Shown piece by piece: positions 1 through 13,259 of a stretch of 64,000 nt of DNA. Under the pieces are notes generated by a model. It saw only the letters and a list, made by a program, of their open reading frames with translations. It ran no database searches and was not told the origin of the DNA. Positions within the stretch are counted from its first letter, which is position 1, and each line of letters begins with the position of its first letter. A program made the position numbers and the translations under genes. Origin of the DNA: Eledone cirrhosa (lineage: Eukaryota); NCBI GenBank assembly GCA_964016885.1, contig OZ024751.1, positions 37,758,001 through 37,822,000 on the forward strand, read 5' to 3'.

Positions 1-155
1 TTCCTTCAAGGGTATGTCAATATTTGTTTATAAAACTGATCTATATTATATTTTATCTGATGAAAGCGCACCATAATTTGCTTTGGTGTCCTTGAAATAT
101 GTATAATGAAATAAATATGGTTTTATAAATTTAGTTTCCATTTGTTAATATATTA
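1..155 (+). mobile_element. Family B (TA)n-associated HHR element, cut by window start
   Basis: Closely similar to 9925-10075 and 36280-36430; ends in a TA tract. Confidence 0.8.
27..129 (+). ncRNA. Type I minimal hammerhead ribozyme, family B copy 1
   Basis: CTGATGA 57-63; stem II aagcgcacca/tggtgtcctt (64-93, one C-C mismatch); GAAA 94-97; self-complementary stem III atatgtat; AUA cleavage after 105; stem I tattttat/atgaaata, extended by tttataaaac/gttttataaa. Confidence 0.85.
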
Positions 156-260
156 TATATATATATATCAGGATTAATATGTATGGGAATCCATATTTTT
201 CATGAAGTGGTAAGACAATTAAAAGCTCATTGCAATTATACGTGCGTGGATGTAATAGAT

Positions 261-288
<28 letters not shown>

Positions 289-293
<5 letters not shown>

Positions 294-481
294 AACAAGT
301 AAGACCCCGACGGCTGAGCTCAAGCCGTTTCGACGGCTAATTCTGGACTGGGTTAGCCGTCGAAACGGCTTGAGCTCAGCCGTCGGGGGTCTTACTTGTT
401 CCTATTACCCACTCTACTACCCTAAGTATTGAGTACTTTGGTGCGTTATGGTCCACCTGGTTCCTTACCACATTTCCTTTG

Positions 482-484
<3 letters not shown>
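289..484 (+). mobile_element. Family A fold-back element with 3' half of an HHR
   Basis: Inverted arms 289-340/353-405, then about 80-nt tail; (TA)n on both sides; GAAA(362-365)-cggcttgagctcagccg-TC(384). Confidence 0.85.
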
Positions 485-526
<42 letters not shown>

Positions 527-791
527 CTACAGCTGTCACTCGTAATCGAATGTACCTTGAGAGTATGCATCATGTTTCTTTAAGGGCTTTATTTGCCCAT
601 ACAGTCTGAAGTACTTATGGACATGACCTCCAAGATGCGGTCCTTGATTTTACGGAACATCCCGGTGTGATAGCTGAAAAGTGTGAGGTCTACACCAGCT
701 CTGAAGTCGTACGTTCTTTATTAATACAAAAACAATGAATGTTGTACTTAGAACGCAAAGAACTGAAACGAATACAGCAAAGTATTCTATC

Positions 792-960
792 CGACGTTTA
801 TGATGGTTGGATAACATCCATGAACTTGGTTGCGCATGGTTGGGGATCCAGCTGGATCAGTTGGCTACAGCTACTTCTGACAAGACCCGCTGGAAGGTGT
901 GTTTGAGGACTCAGCCCCCAATGCCCTCTCAGAAATAAGAGGGCGAAGAAAAAGAAAAAG
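792..960 (+). mobile_element. RTE-clade LINE 3' fragment
   Basis: Frame 804-938 reads WLDNIHELGCAWLGIQLDQLATATSDKTRWKVCLRTQPPMPSQK*, like the RTE ORF C-terminus (RW.D.I..L....LGI..........W...L...PP.P); in-frame stop at 801-803; A-rich tail. Confidence 0.65.
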
Positions 961-1100
961 GACTATAAAAATTACAGTAGACATTGTATATTGATATTTT
1001 TCTGTTCAATTTTCTGTAATATGTGGGGTTTTATCAGATATGAGCAAGCACTTTATCTAGTGGGGGTTTCGTTCACTGGGGACGTTTGTCCTGGTGTTTT

Positions 1101-1138
<38 letters not shown>

Positions 1139-1397
1139 TTTTTGTATACCCATATTGACTTGCTTCATGTTAGCTCAATGACCTGTCTATCAAAAAAAAT
1201 CTTCTTTGCATTATACGGACAAATATTTTCCCTTCATGAAACTACTAGAAAGTGGAACATCAAATAAGACATGCTAACATATAAAATATGTCTGTGTTTA
1301 CATATCTATTTCTCAAAACTTCGTCTAAAACATGTACAGCTTTTCTACACAATACTTATTTGTATATCCATAAGTTTTCATTCATCTATCTATCTAG

Positions 1398-1436
<39 letters not shown>

Positions 1437-2385
1437 TATGTGTGTGTAGAGAGAGAGAGATAGTGAGAGAGAGATACATAGATAGAGAGACAGATAGATA
1501 TGTTTTGTATGTGTTCTGGTAAGTATGTGTGTCTGAGAAAGAGGATGAGAGAAAGAGAGAGGGGAGGAACACTGGGTAAAAGAGACAGAGAGAGAGATAG
1601 AGTGAGTGGTTTCTGTGTATAAATGCCCCTATCGTCTATACATCTACCAAATTATCCCCTGTCTCTTCTCTTCTGTTTTTATGTCTTTCTCTGTCATCTC
1701 TTAACATTTCACATAAAACGAAAAATATTTTATTGAAACAGTATATGTCAATTTGTCAAATTACAAAGAAATCCAAGTGATTTGATTTGGTATTAGTCTT
1801 TATGGTTTTCTCTCTTGAAATATTCTTCCATTTGTTTAACTCCTGACTAAGTCTGATAGAAACAGCAGCAGACTATGGTGTAGATAATATTTGCAAGGTT
1901 ATGGATATTTCTTATGATTTCAAACAAGATTAGACAAAAATTGATTTCCTACATCAGAATAAATCTCCATATTTTATAGAGCTACTACATCTTACAATGA
2001 CTGCGGTCTTAATGTCCTCCAGCTAGCAAAACAAAGGAAAGCAAAAGAAATATAGTTTATAAAAGTGAATCCAAAGCGGGTATCTGAGTCATCGCAACGG
2101 GAGCTTTACAGCTTCACCATTGGGTTACCAAGGTTACTTTTCATACTGAATGATGGAAACATTTAAGAAACAATACAACACACACACACACGCCATCAAT
2201 GGAAGACAGGCAGGATGAGGAATTGATGTTGAGAAATCCAGTATATCGTTATGAACACGACAAACGTTTATCTAATACTTCGTAACTTCTCACATAAAGA
2301 CACGATTATATGTAATATTAATGATTTATATAAAATCATAGCACACACGAAATGACAAACACACACACAGATATTCACCCAGCCT

Positions 2386-2470
<85 letters not shown>

Positions 2471-2472
<2 letters not shown>

Positions 2473-2755
2473 AGGGCGGGCAAAATTCCCGAGATCCATA
2501 GACGAGTTCTCTCCAGCGGTCTCTGTCCCTCATTATGGCTGCCATCTCCTGCGTCTCCAAGAGACCAGTGTCTGTCTTTAGGACATCAACATACGTTAAC
2601 CTTGGTCTTCCTCTTCTAGTGTATCCATGCAGGGGCTCCCACAGGAGCATTGAGTGCAGTGTCAACTCTGGATGTCGGTGAGCATGTCCAGCTAACCTCA
2701 GTCTCCTCTGTGACACTTTTGAGCTGACTTTTGGGAGGCTCCTATACAGCTCTGA
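2471..2755 (-). mobile_element. RTE/RTE-X-like LINE ORF 3' end (truncated)
   Basis: ELYRSLPKVSSKVSQRRLRLAGHAHRH...LLWEP...RRGRPRLTYVD...DRDRWR is a typical LINE RT C-terminal region; 3' end abuts (TA)n. Confidence 0.85.
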
Positions 2756-2810
2756 TTCTGTGGACCGTCACTGCCTGATGAAGATCTTACAGGCTTATGG
2801 AATCACAGAT
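2754..2810 (+). mobile_element. Inverted LINE RT fragment
   Basis: DSVDRHCLMKILQAYGITD resembles the (AF)DSV.R..L.KIL.AYGIP motif of LINE RT, on the opposite strand to the adjacent 3' fragment. Confidence 0.65.
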
Positions 2811-2995
2811 AGTGGACCTGATACGCCAGCTCGGATTGCTCGATATCATCGACTGAGCTACTTTTTATTCAAGTCTGCTTCATATTTTTTTATCTCCCTC
2901 TGTCGACCGTGGTGTTACGGACATAACCACAGACACAAACGTAAACATACACACATACTCATACACATATTATATATATATATATATATATAATT

Positions 2996-3488
2996 ATAAG
3001 TTGAAAAAAATGAAAACGAAATTTCATTTCTCACTCTTAGTATGGCACTTACTTTTTTTCATTTTTTCAACTTATCGTTTTCGGTATGCCTGACCGATTT
3101 AACTCACTCAATATGCAAATTAGGCTGCTCAGCCGTTAATTTTCATAAGGAAAGTATATACTTTCGAACGTTCAACTATCTGGCAGATGGGTAAACGGTG
3201 CTGATGATAGCTAACAAGCTTGAAACTAGTACATCGTTCCTGTGTCAGTGTTGAACAAAAAGGTGACGTGGTTGCCTTAACACCGTATGGCATAAATTCA
3301 GGCTGTTCGATTTGTTGACAAACAAACGAACAAAGCAGGCGTTATAATAAACGTCGGCTAAACTGATGCGTGCATATATGTATGTGTACCTGTATGCATA
3401 TGTGTATATATATATATATATATATATGCATGCTACTGTACGTCTGTATACATATATGTATGTACGTATACATACATACTTACATTTA
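2996..3488 (+). mobile_element. Family F HHR element (relative of family E)
   Basis: Homologous to 63099-63564 and 55386-55669; short inversion 2996-3016/3056-3075; TA-rich flanks. Confidence 0.8.
3194..3238 (+). ncRNA. Type I minimal hammerhead ribozyme, family F
   Basis: aacggtg CTGATGA t-agct-aaca-agct-t GAAA ctag TA catcgtt; 7-bp stem I, ACUAGU palindromic stem III, GUA cleavage after 3231. Confidence 0.88.
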
Positions 3489-4360
3489 TATAATTATACA
3501 TATATATATACATGACATACGTGTGTGTTATTCCTGACTGTACACAATAATTTCATTATTATTATTATTATCATTATTATTATTATATGACGAACCTTTG
3601 CATTTTTCGCCTAGTAAATTCCATTTACAATTCATATCTGACTGTGTGTGTATGTGTGTTTGTGAGTGTGTATATATATATATACATGTGTATGTGTTTG
3701 TGTGTGTATAAGCTAGTTACACTTCATTGACGAAATTATTTAATCTGAAACTTGTAATTTTATTATTATTATAATCATCATCATCATCGTCTTTTTGTTC
3801 TCGCTTTCATTTCATGAAAATATGGTGGCTTATTTTTCAGTTAAACACACACAAACACACACGTTTGTCGTGTTTGCCGTGACGCACGTATTTTAATTAT
3901 TCAGCTAAATTATCAAACTGCAACTAACGTCACATATTTAACGTTGCTTCACATTGTTCTATCATTGTTCCAGCTTCAATCTTCACGTTAAACAATGACT
4001 TGCAAGACTTTCTGCTTAAAACCATTGAAGTCTTTTTCGTTGAAGCTTTCCTTTAAATAGCGTTTAAATTACACTTTCCTATTTCAAAGGCTTGCTCTTC
4101 ATTCTTTCTTACCCTCTCATTCCCTCTGTCTCTCCCCCATCTTTACAAACACATTTTATATATAAAATATGCCTTGTGTCTGCTTGTTTGCTACCATTAT
4201 TATATCGTTTTTCATTGTCTTCTATTTACGTCTAGTTTCGCGTTTATCAGCCCTTTATATTCACACAATTCTATCTCACCTTCACATATTCCCATTGCTG
4301 ATTCTCTTGCACATCCTTCGGTTTTAATTCTTCGCTCCCTGTCTATCATTCAATTCTTAC

Positions 4361-4426
<66 letters not shown>

Positions 4427-5460
4427 GTCCTGCTACTCTTATACCCTTCTCTTTTTAACACTCTAAATACCTATATATCTATCTATTTATCTGGCTGTCT
4501 CTCTTTCTCTTTCGATCCATCTCTCAATCTATCTATCACTGTCAACTCGTATACGTCTTTCTATATCTATCTATCTGCCTATCTATCCATCAATATATTT
4601 CTGTTTATTTCTCTAGTATTCTCCTCTTCTATTATTTCCTACCTATAAATCTCAGCCTGTCATTGTCCATCCATCATATCCTCTTCCTATGCCTCTCTCT
4701 CTGTCTATCTATCTATCTATCGATCTATCTATCTATCTTTCTATCTATCTGTAAGCATGCATTTCTTACACTTCTCTCACCTTTTTTTCTTCTCCTCCCT
4801 CTTCCTCTTCTTTCACTTTCAAGAAATTCAACTTGCTTCTAAAGTCACTAAACTGTTGGGAGACAATATCATTCTGAAGGAATTACCTTTTGGTTCAGTC
4901 GTTCCTTGCTTCTGACGTTTAAGTCGAAAGGCATAAAAGGAAAGACATGTGACACGGTCGAGTTGTTAATTTGATGATTAAGACTGTTGTTTAATGACCC
5001 TTTCAGCATGTGCTATAAACTCTTTGCCCATACACACAACACACACACACAAACACACACACACAACACGTACAAACCTTCACGCGTACACACACCTGAT
5101 ATGGACGCAAGGTTTAAAGACACTCATTCATCTTAAAATTACCAGCAAGTGAGGAGAGTGAATTACACTGAGAGAGGAACTAACACACATAAATATATTA
5201 TTCTCCCATGGCGAGCCATTAATATTCATGGATACGATGCAGGAACTATCTGGAATTTTGGACTTCTGCATCCATTTCCAAACTACAGTAGTAACAGATT
5301 ATACTGAAAGTCATTCTATAGTATAAAATGTAGTCATATATATTAACACGTTATTATTCACCGAGGAGATATATATACTAACACATTTGAACTCAGTCAC
5401 ACTGAAAGATCACCTTAAATATATATTTAGGACAGTAGCAAAGATAATAAGAAGAGAAGA

Positions 5461-5558
5461 GAGACAGAAGTGGATATAGAGGGAGAGATAGAAGTGGATA
5501 TAGAGGGAGAGATAGAAGTAGATATAGAGGGAGAGATAGAAGTGGATATAGAGGGAGA
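5461..5558. repeat. 24-bp minisatellite x4
   Basis: gagatagaagtggatatagaggga repeated. Confidence 0.9.
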
Positions 5559-6923
5559 AAAAGCAACGAAGACAGAGATAGATCGATAGGATGAAAGACT
5601 AGTAAGACAATGGGAGAATATAAAAATGAAAGAGAAAAGACATGAGGTCATTGGAAAGAGAAAGGCGAGGATGAGTATAAAATTAACGGTTGGGAATTAT
5701 GAAATAATGATGCAATTTGAAAAAGAGAACGAAAATGAAAATGAGAAAGTTACAGGAGATTAAGAGAAGACGAGAAAGAAGAAAAGTAGCTGTGAAAATA
5801 GTAAAGAAAGAAAGAGATATGTGGAGAGAAGTAAAGAGAAAATAAAGAATGATGAGCAAATGGAAAGGTAAAATGTAATAGAAAGAACAGAAATTAGATT
5901 CAGGAAAATGTGTTGTGTAGAGTAATAAGAAGTGAAATAGGAATAAACCGAGAGAAATGATGACAATGGTGGAAATAAATCACACTAGTGCTTTACTATT
6001 TCTTATGAACACATGGACTTTTATAGACACCTTTATAGGAACACACATACACAGAAACATGCACACAGAAGGTTACATGATGGGGTGTACATTTGTGTAT
6101 ATGCGTGGGTTTAGTGTGTTTATAGGTGTTTGAAATTGTGTGCATGCGTGTGTGTGTGTGTGTGTGTCTGGGTGTGTGAAAAGAGCGGGAAGGAAAATAT
6201 GAACATAAAACATGGCTGAACTGTAAGAATAACATGAAACGTACTGAAATAGGAAAGAGAATTTCAAGACTATTTGGATTAAGGTTTTACATGTTGCAGT
6301 TACTCTTATTCTTCTTCATGTTTTCGTCATTGTTCTGACGTCATCTGTTATCCTGTGATATATGCTAGTTGATTAACAGTTTAACATTGTTGTTGTTGTT
6401 GCAGTTGTAGTTGTTATAGTTGTTGTTGCTGCTGCTGCTGTTTTATGCTGCCATTACTCTCTTTCTAAAGGATCGTATCGTCGTTAATTTACTATCACGG
6501 GATTCAAAGATTTGCAGATTAACCGTTAACTCTGCAACATGGAACACATGCAGCAATAATAATGGAAGTTGTAAGTATAATGCACATGCAAGACCAACTG
6601 TAGTTACAGCATCTGTGCAATATCTTACATTTACATCATAACTATCAGAAATTGTAGACCATCACCAAGTTTCGAGCTTTTTATGTCAACATTGTAAAGT
6701 TAGATTTTTTTTACTGTATTCTGTTTTGTCGAAGGTCTACAGGACAATAAGGATATACGTTTAGTGCTATAACAATAAAAATAAGTTAAATTCAGTTCTA
6801 AAAGCTTGGTCCTTCATCAAGCTGGAGCTCATAAAGTTTTCATTAGAGTTGAATAGCTGTGAAAACAGTCCACTAGAGGGTGAAACCCAGCCTGATGCTG
6901 TTTTATTTTTGTGTTTTGTTACC

Positions 6924-6954
<31 letters not shown>

Positions 6955-7109
6955 GTCAGGGTCTCGCCTCATACTGTAAACGACACAACGCATCCTATAC
7001 AGTCGTTTTCTCTTCTACATGTTTTCTCTTATCGTCTGTTTGCCCGGGTGAATCTAGGTAAGGCAATTAGTAATTAGCTATAACGAATTAATATTCAACT
7101 GTTTAAACT

Positions 7110-7325
7110 TGCTGGATAAGCAGAATTGATAGAGTGTCGGATAAAATGTCCTTGTGGTGTTTGTTCTGTCACTAGACCTTCTCTGTGATGCAGTTCAAAT
7201 CATGCTAAGATCAACTCTGCCTTTCATTCTCCTCGAGTCGATATATTAAAGTGTTAGTTAAGAACTGGGCTTTATTTATTTACTTTACCTTTCCCCAAAA
7301 TTTGCTGGTCTTCTTTCTGAACTAG
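7110..7325 (+). mobile_element. Degenerate SINE (Meta-like central domain)
   Basis: agttcaaatc...ctgcctttcattctcctcgagtcgata...aaatttgctggtctt, similar to 53035-53236. Confidence 0.65.
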
Positions 7326-8769
7326 ATATGTATATTTAACCGTTTAAACTAATTGCATACAATTATGTGAAGTGAGTTATGTACAGAAAGTTTCAGTTGA
7401 TAATCAACTTACATATATATGCATTTGTTCGGAATAGTAAATATCATACATCAAATAATAAAGAGCATATAGACATCAACGTCGGTTAGAAATCGAGATT
7501 AATGAGATACCACGATATTAAAAATAGAAGCACTTTTGATAATGTATTATTCATGAAAATATGACTGGGGAGTTAGAACTGACATCCTTTTGATCTTAGA
7601 TTTGTTGGATCAAGACTAATCCTCGGCTAGATAACAGGAATAATATATGAGATAAACCTTGTTCTAAATAAATCATGAAGATATAAATAATGGGTGGTCA
7701 CGGCTTCGATACCTTCGATCATAGAAATTGGCTCGACAGTGTTTGACCTTGACATATATAACAACAATGACCCAAGCAAATCCCATATGGACTGATTTAT
7801 TCTAGATGATCAAGACATATTATTTCCGATTCGTTAGTAAAGTGTATGTATGTGGCGTACTGGTTATATATGTATGGGAAGGGGACCAAACTCTGTACAT
7901 ACGGGGAGGATACATATGTGTCGGGGAGGGGGGGGGGTATGTGTGTCTGAAAGGTTATATGTGTGTGTGAAAGATTTGAAATATGTGTATTGGAGATTGG
8001 GTTATCTGTGTGTGAGAGAGAGAGACTCAATATGCTTAGAAGGGTCGAAGTGTGGGAGGGACGTTCGACATGTGTATACGTGTGTATGTTTATGTAAGTG
8101 TGGGTTACTTTGTATTAAAGATTAGGTCACGGTTGGCAGGTCGATTCCATAAAAACTGTAGCAGCAATCTTTCAAACTGTAGGATTTTACATATGAAGTT
8201 ATCCCGAAACTGAAAAATTCCTAATAAATCACATACACATAATTATATATATATATATATATATACACATGAATGCACACACACACACACACACATACAC
8301 ACACACACACATATGTGTGATTAGAGATGTACAAAATCAGCTTAGAAAATCGGGTAAAATACAATCCATTACAAAGCGCTGAGCCAAAGGCGATAATGTA
8401 AGGCGTACACGAGGAAATATATTTCAAAACATCTAATTAGTTTGTGCAATATCAAATGTATTCACGCATAAAGTAACTGTATATAAATAAATGGCAATAC
8501 CACTAAAATAAACAGATTAGTCTATGTAATGGATTGTATTGGAAACTATCCCAAATCATAATGTTGTTAGTAAATTGAAAATATATACGTGCAGGTGTGT
8601 ATGTGTGGGTGTTTATACGTGAGTGTGTGTGTGGAATGCATAGGGAAATATTCAAAAATGGAAATGTTGCACGTCCTTACTATCTTCCCCTCTCCTCGGA
8701 AATATCTCAATTCCGCGGGATAGCAAGTCCTGTATTTTGGACTGCTCAGTGGTCGCCTATGTCTGTATA

Positions 8770-9023
8770 GTCTTCATTCACAGGCCTCAACCAGATCTTC
8801 ACAGCTTTGCCTTGCCTGAGGCTGCCCAACTTCTGGTCTGCCCTCGAGGGAGACTCTCTTTCATATCTATATTTGATGGTGAATCACATGGCAGCATGGT
8901 CTTCATTCACAGATCTCAACCAGATCTTCACAGGCTTGCCTTGCCTGAAGCTGCCCAACTTCTGTTCTCCCCTCGAGGGAGACCCTCTCTCATATTTATA
9001 TTTGATGGTGAATATCTGGCCAA
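8770..9023. repeat. Tandem duplication, 129-bp period
   Basis: gtcttcattcacag... starts at 8770 and 8899; units are highly similar. Confidence 0.9.
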
Positions 9024-9221
9024 ATATCTGTTATGATGATGTCATACCACAGATTACTCAAACTGGTTCTTTCAATGCTACTACTATATTATTTTTAGTG
9101 CTGAACCTTCGTCGCTAATGAATTCAATATAGATATATGTCGGCTCTACCCGTGACGAAGCTTTTGGATCGCTGGTATATGATGACACCGGCCCCGTCGA
9201 GCAAGACGAAGATATATATAA

Positions 9222-9629
9222 GTGTGTATGTTTGTGTAGATTCCGAGTGAAATGGAGCGTAACCACAGGTAATAAAAAGTACTCAATACATTAGGAGAGT
9301 GTAAACATCATTATTTAATGGTGAATAGGCAGTTTCGATAGAGGCTCGGACACTATGCTTTCCAGCATAGTTACGCCCCTTTACGGTCTGAGTTCAAATC
9401 CCGTCGAGATTAACTTTGCCTTTCATCCTTACGGGGTCGATAAAATAAAGTACCAGTAATGTACTGAGTAATTTCTGGCTTTGTACCAGAAGTAGATCAA
9501 TTATTTAATATAGAACTCGCTTCCACAGGACTTGGACCGATTCATTCATATGAAATCCCTAGGAATGCTGATGATTTCGTACAAATGAAACAGCACTAGT
9601 CCTGTAGAAGCCATTACTATATTAACTAA

Positions 9630-9631
<2 letters not shown>
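9222..9631 (-). mobile_element. Family C fold-back element interrupted by a SINE
   Basis: Imperfect inverted arms 9503-9560/9568-9625; tail 9222-9309 matches 36898-36966; + arm has CTGATGA(9568-9574)...GAAA cagcactagtcctg TA(9606) without a 5' stem I. Confidence 0.75.
9320..9505 (+). mobile_element. SINE (B box + Meta-like domain)
   Basis: gagttcaaatcccgtcgagattaactttgcctttcatccttacggggtcgataaaataaagtaccag; flanked by attatttaat at 9310-9319 and 9500-9509. Confidence 0.85.
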
Positions 9632-9677
<46 letters not shown>

Positions 9678-9718
9678 ATATATATATATATATATACATA
9701 CATATGTAGACATCGATA

Positions 9719-9799
<81 letters not shown>

Positions 9800-9802
<3 letters not shown>

Positions 9803-10078
9803 AGTTCTATTTAAATTGTTGGGATAAAACAAGCAAATATTTTTATAACTCATATAAAGTACTCAACAAATTATTGGAGTAAAAATACGATATATCGGGA
9901 GCTTCCAACAGAAATGGTCGCATTCTTTAAGGGTATGTCAATATTTATTTATAAAACTGCTCTATATTATATTTTGTCTGATGAAAGCACAGCATAATTT
10001 AACTTGGTGTCCTTGAAATATGTATAATGAAATAAATATGGTTTTATAAATATAGTTTCCATTTGTTAATATATTATA
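9800..10078. mobile_element. Family B element: tail on - strand (9800-9892) joined to HHR arm on + strand
   Basis: Left part matches 35943-36036; right part matches 1-155; microsatellite flanks. Confidence 0.8.
9948..10050 (+). ncRNA. Type I hammerhead ribozyme, family B copy 2
   Basis: CTGATGA 9978-9984; stem II aagcacagca/tggtgtcctt; GAAA 10015-10018; AUA cleavage after 10026; stem I tattttgt/atgaaata. Confidence 0.8.
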
Positions 10079-10379
10079 TATATATATATATAAATATATA
10101 CACATATATATACATATATATATACATATATACATACATATATATATATATACACATATATACATATATATACATATATACATATATATACATATATACA
10201 TACATATATATATATACACATATATACATATATATACATATATACATACATATATATATATATATATACACATATATACATATATATACACATATATACA
10301 CATATACATATATATACATATATACATATATATACATATACACATATATACACATATATACATATATACACATATATAC

Positions 10380-10415
<36 letters not shown>

Positions 10416-10419
10416 ATAC

Positions 10420-10457
<38 letters not shown>

Positions 10458-10991
10458 ATATATATATATACACATATATACATATATACACACATATATA
10501 CATATATACACATATATACATATATACACATATATACATATATACACATATATACATATATATACATATATATATATATACACATATATATACATATATA
10601 TATATATACACATATATATACATATATATATACATACACATATATACATATATACACATATATACATATATACATATATATACATATATACATATATATA
10701 CATATATATATATATACACATATATATACATATATATATACATACACATATATACATATATACACATATATACATATATACATATATATACATATATACA
10801 TATATATACATATACACATATATATACATATACACATATATATACATATACACATATATATACATATACACTTATATACATATACACATATATACATATA
10901 TACATATACATATATATATATATACATATATATATACATATATATACATATATATATACATATATATACATATATATATACACATATACAC

Positions 10992-11030
<39 letters not shown>
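10075..11030. repeat. Long (TA)n/(CA)n compound microsatellite
   Basis: About 950 bp of tata/taca units. Confidence 0.95.
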
Positions 11031-11033
<3 letters not shown>

Positions 11034-11413
11034 CACTGGAAGTAGTAGTATTAATATGCCATGCAGATAGCAGTAACGCTATGGGAATTATAATAGCTTC
11101 TAAGATATTTACGTGTAGATTACTATAAGGAAATTAGCTCTAATCTCAACGATGTTAATCGCTGCATCTGCAGATAACACACAAGAAGCCAGCGTCTTGC
11201 AGGCATCAAACAGCAGGATTAACTACGTGAAGCCTAGTGCAACTTTCAGTAAAGCCATCAGTTATACTCCTCGTGTTGATGTTGTTGTTCCTTCTTTTCT
11301 ATATGTTGCTGCTTGGTTACAGTGATTGGATTAAACCACACGCACACATCTCTCCTTTCATCTTTGTTCCTTCTCTCCGTCTACTATTGTTCCTTCGATA
11401 TTTTCTGTTTCTC

Positions 11414-11481
<68 letters not shown>

Positions 11482-13192
11482 GCATGTATAAATATACTTA
11501 TAATTATATACACATACACGTATATATTCGCAGGCACACATAAATAAATATATATATATCATCTCGCTATTAAAAACAAACAATACAAAAGTATTAAATG
11601 TAAGGTCCGCAGTTTCTATTTATAGTATTTTTTTAATAAAATCATTTAAATCCTTTAATTAGTGTTTCTGAAGGAAGCCATATTATTCAAATTATTTGTA
11701 TTCGCGACAGCATTCCATCGTTTCTCTAGAGTCCTTTTCTTTTTCAGCATTTTCAAAGTCTACAATCCGACTAAATCAAATATTTCAGCTTCTTCATAGC
11801 TACCCATTTATACCAGGAAAACCTAAATCCCGTCTTTTGTTTTTCTTAACCATCAATAATAACATAATAACGACTTTTTTTGCTTTTCCTATAATATTGC
11901 TATACGTTTCGTGTATCTGTATTCCATATCTTTCGGGGGAAAACATATAACACAGCAAAACCGATGGGTAGAAGTCTAGAACATTAAACTGAATGGGTTT
12001 GCAATTCGATTCAACATCGATATCGTAAAGCAGTCAATAATGACAGTGCAATAATTCCTTCCTGTTAGGTCTGTAGTGTATCTTATTTTTGTGTATATAG
12101 ATTATATAATATGATATATCTGACGACTCTCACCGGTTTACTCTTTGTTGGCTTAATATGTCAATACATTGGATTAACTGTGAAATTGTTTTCGTGGTCT
12201 TTTAATATATGATGAAGGATCTAAGTTGATCTCTTCTATGCATGCTGCTAGGGCATTAACCTTGGTAGGGGTGTAGGGTGATGGTGCTATATGAATAGAA
12301 AAAAGAAGAAACAGCAGAAGAGGAAGCAACAGTAGTGGAAGAAGTCAAAAGAAGCAGTCAGAAGAAGAAGAAGTAAGAAGAAGTAAGAAGAAAAAAAGAA
12401 GTCAGAAAAAGAAAAAAAAGAAGATAGAGAAGAAAAAATAAGAAAAGGGTAGAAAAAAGAAAAAAAAAAGAAGAAAAAAGAAGAAAGAAGAAAGAAGAAA
12501 GAAGAAAGAAGAAAGAAGAAGAAATAATTCATAATGCCAGATGAAGGGATGACAATAATATTATTTAATGGAGGAAGATGATATAGTTAGTAGATCCAGT
12601 CTTGAAAGATACATAGCTATATATGTCGTCATGGTGCACGCATGGAAATATTGTAATTTAAATATTTGAGGTTTTTCATGCCTCAGATGGCCTGACTTGA
12701 ATACACTGCTGCGACCAATGTGGCAGCGCTCCCAAATATTGTCTGTTTAGACTTTGCTGTTTATTATCGTAATAAAACTTGTGGAATGACACTTCAACTC
12801 TCCTACGAACGACTACGCTTACATCAATACATTTATGTGCGCAAACTCACATAGAGAAGTGATACACACATACACATATATATAAGTGTGTGTGTATGTA
12901 TATATATGTATATATATGTATATATATGTATGTATATATATGTATATATATGTATGCATATATATGTATATATATATATGTGTGTGTGTGTGTCTGTGTA
13001 TGTATATGTGTGTATGTGTGTATGTGTGTGTGTGCATAATAGAACTTTACAGATATATACAAGACATTTTGATAGTAATTTTATTTTGGTGTTTCAATTA
13101 TTGTTCCTTGAAACACGGAGAGAGAAGGAGAGAGAGGGGGGGAGACACATACATATATGAATATGTAGACACACATACATATATGAATATGT

Positions 13193-13259
<67 letters not shown>

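Noticed and set aside
376-573. Recurrent peptide [28 protein letters not shown]
   Set aside because: Antisense reading of the family A tail that begins in microsatellite or flanking sequence; no start context of its own.
9962-11070. Long ORFs of 265-345 aa (and similar at 18427-18979, 40064-41449 and elsewhere)
   Set aside because: They are YI/HI/CV repeats from (TA)n/(CA)n microsatellites, which lack stop codons by composition.
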